A stretch of DNA of 32,290 nt, taken from Octopus sinensis. Lineage: Eukaryota. The stretch is taken from NCBI RefSeq assembly GCF_006345805.1, contig NW_021832802.1, positions 1-32,290 on the forward strand, read 5' to 3'. This document shows positions 30,597-32,290 of the stretch, piece by piece (position 1 is the first letter of the stretch; each line of letters starts with the position of its first letter). The notes beneath the pieces were generated by a model that saw only the letters and a program-made list of their open reading frames with translations, was not told the DNA's origin and made no database searches. Made by a program: the position numbers and the translations under genes.

Positions 30597-30910
30597 TGGA
30601 AGCGCAATGGCCCAGTGGTTAGGGCAGCGGACTCACGGTCGTAGGATCGCGGTTTCGATTCCCAGACCGGGCGTTGTGAGTGTTTATTGACCGAAAACAC
30701 ATAGAGCTCCACGAAGCTCCGGCAGAGGGTAGTGGCAATCCCTGCTGTACTCTTTCGCCACAACTTTCTCTCACTCTTTCTTCTGTTGGCCTGCTCGCTT
30801 AGCAGCGGGTGGCGGGTGGCCATTTGAAGGCTAAAACAATGCGAAGCTCATTGTGACCAGCGATGTGTACCAACATCTGATAGCTGGTCGGTCACGGTGA
30901 TCACGGTGAT
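30597..30910 (+). mobile_element. Family C SINE, full length
   Basis: TGGAAGCGCAATGGCCCAGTGG head; tail variant CACGGTGATCACGGTGAT. Confidence 0.95.
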
Positions 30911-30932
30911 ATATCTTATATATATATATATA

Positions 30933-30982
<50 letters not shown>

Positions 30983-30992
30983 AGTATACAAA

Positions 30993-31023
<31 letters not shown>

Positions 31024-31044
31024 TGGTGCCTTGTTGTACCAATA

Positions 31045-31114
<70 letters not shown>

Positions 31115-31115
31115 A

Positions 31116-31359
31116 AAATCTAGATTCAGGTGAATATGGTACTTAAGTCCAGGCACAAGAATTTAGTATGTTATTATCCATACAATTTCAAAATAAGTTG
31201 ACTAAAGTCAGAATAAGCAACAAGGATATCCAGAGGTAATGCAGTACGATCGTTTCATGCGACTCCATTAATTGTTCAATTAAATGATTGTATTGTTCAA
31301 TTAAATGGAAGTCGCATGAAACGATCGTACTGCATTACCTCTGGATATCCTTGTTGCTT
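31116..31359. mobile_element. Palindromic MITE-like element, probably with a truncated right arm
   Basis: Perfect 50-bp inverted arms at 31215-31264 and 31310-31359; left boundary uncertain. Confidence 0.6.
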
Positions 31360-31365
31360 TTGTGA

Positions 31366-31404
<39 letters not shown>

Positions 31405-31710
31405 TTATGTATAGGAATGTCATCATTCCTACTTAGAATTTTACAGAAGTATGATGCAATCCTTAATTCACTTGATTGTTTTCCAACCATCTCTGGGAAG
31501 ATATAGTGTTAAATTTTGTGACTTGGAGTGTTTTGACTGTTACTTTTAGCAAAGCCGGTGTCTTTTTGAAAACGCCGTCCTTTTTATATATAATTATTTT
31601 ATATATACCTGTTAATTTTGCTTATACGGTTTTAGCTTGCGGCCGCTAACATTCGTTATCTCTCATGAGTATTAATTGTTCTTCATATATATATATATAT
31701 ATATATATAA

Positions 31711-31743
<33 letters not shown>

Positions 31744-32071
31744 GTGTGTGTGTGTGTGTGAGTGTGTGTGTGTGTGTGTGTGTTTATATGTATATATATG
31801 AAACCTTTTAACTGATATCATACTGCTTTCATTGATAGTGGGGAACGTAGGAGAATTTCAGATTAGCTCCTTTCATATAAGTATTAAAACAATCTCTAAA
31901 ATTTGTCTTTCCTGATTGTGAAAGAGGAGAGAAATGCAGAGAGTGAGAGAGAAATGGAGAGAGAGAGACGGGGTAGAAAGAGAAAGGAGAGATAGAGAGA
32001 GTGACTGAAAGTGAAAAAGAGAAGAAAGAGAATAAAGAGAGCTGATGTCTTTTATGCAGTTATATTTGTCT

Positions 32072-32268
32072 CAAAATTTGGCACCAGACCACTAATTTTG
32101 AGTCAGGATGCTAGGTGGACTATATTGATTCCAGTGTTCAATTGGTACTTATTTTATTGACCCCGAAAGGATGAAAAATCAAAGTAGACCTCAGCAGAAT
32201 TTGAACCCAGAACATAAAGACGGAAGAAATACTGCAAAGCTAACGATTCTGCTAGTTAGATGCCCTTC
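32072..32268 (-). mobile_element. Family A SINE, degraded
   Basis: TTGGTACTTATTTTATTGACCCCGAAAGGATGAAA...GACCTCAGCAGAATTTGAACCCAGAAC...GCTAACGATTCTGC. Confidence 0.8.
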
Positions 32269-32290
32269 TTTTATGCAGCCATACTTCCGT

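Overview
AT-rich, repeat-saturated eukaryotic non-coding DNA, most likely intergenic or intronic sequence from an octopod cephalopod. That assignment rests on my recognition of the SINE families, not on a database search. I found no intact protein-coding gene, tRNA/rRNA gene or CRISPR-Cas locus; almost all long ORFs in the track are translated microsatellites. The window holds about 30 copies or fragments of tRNA-derived SINEs. I label them A (head GGCGGCGAGCTGGCAGAA, core TTTGCCTTTCATCCTTTCGGGGTCGATAAA), B (head GGCGCAGGAGTGGCTGTGTGG, internal (TA)n(TG)n, (AAAAGAGT)n tail), C (head GTGGAGGCGCAATGGCCCAGTGG, (CACGTGAT)n tail), D (head GAGGCGCGTGGCTTAGTGG plus GTCCTTGAGCAA core) and E (C head with a tail ending GACGGAGTGCTTCC). 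It also holds decayed mariner transposase relics, a CR1-type LINE 3' end, several MITE-like hairpins and long microsatellites. Most notable: (1) three dispersed copies of a repeat carrying a minimal type-I hammerhead-ribozyme-like fold with a shared non-canonical core (CUGUNGA); (2) a CRISPR-like-looking repeat/spacer array with a palindromic core at 9.6-10.0 kb; (3) a near-identical inverted SINE pair (ADAR substrate candidate); (4) a chimeric mariner whose two ends come from different families; (5) a double-headed SINE inside one 14-bp TSD; (6) a 92-bp templated local insertion with a 13-bp flanking duplication. Boundaries of degraded elements are approximate; identities were counted by eye.
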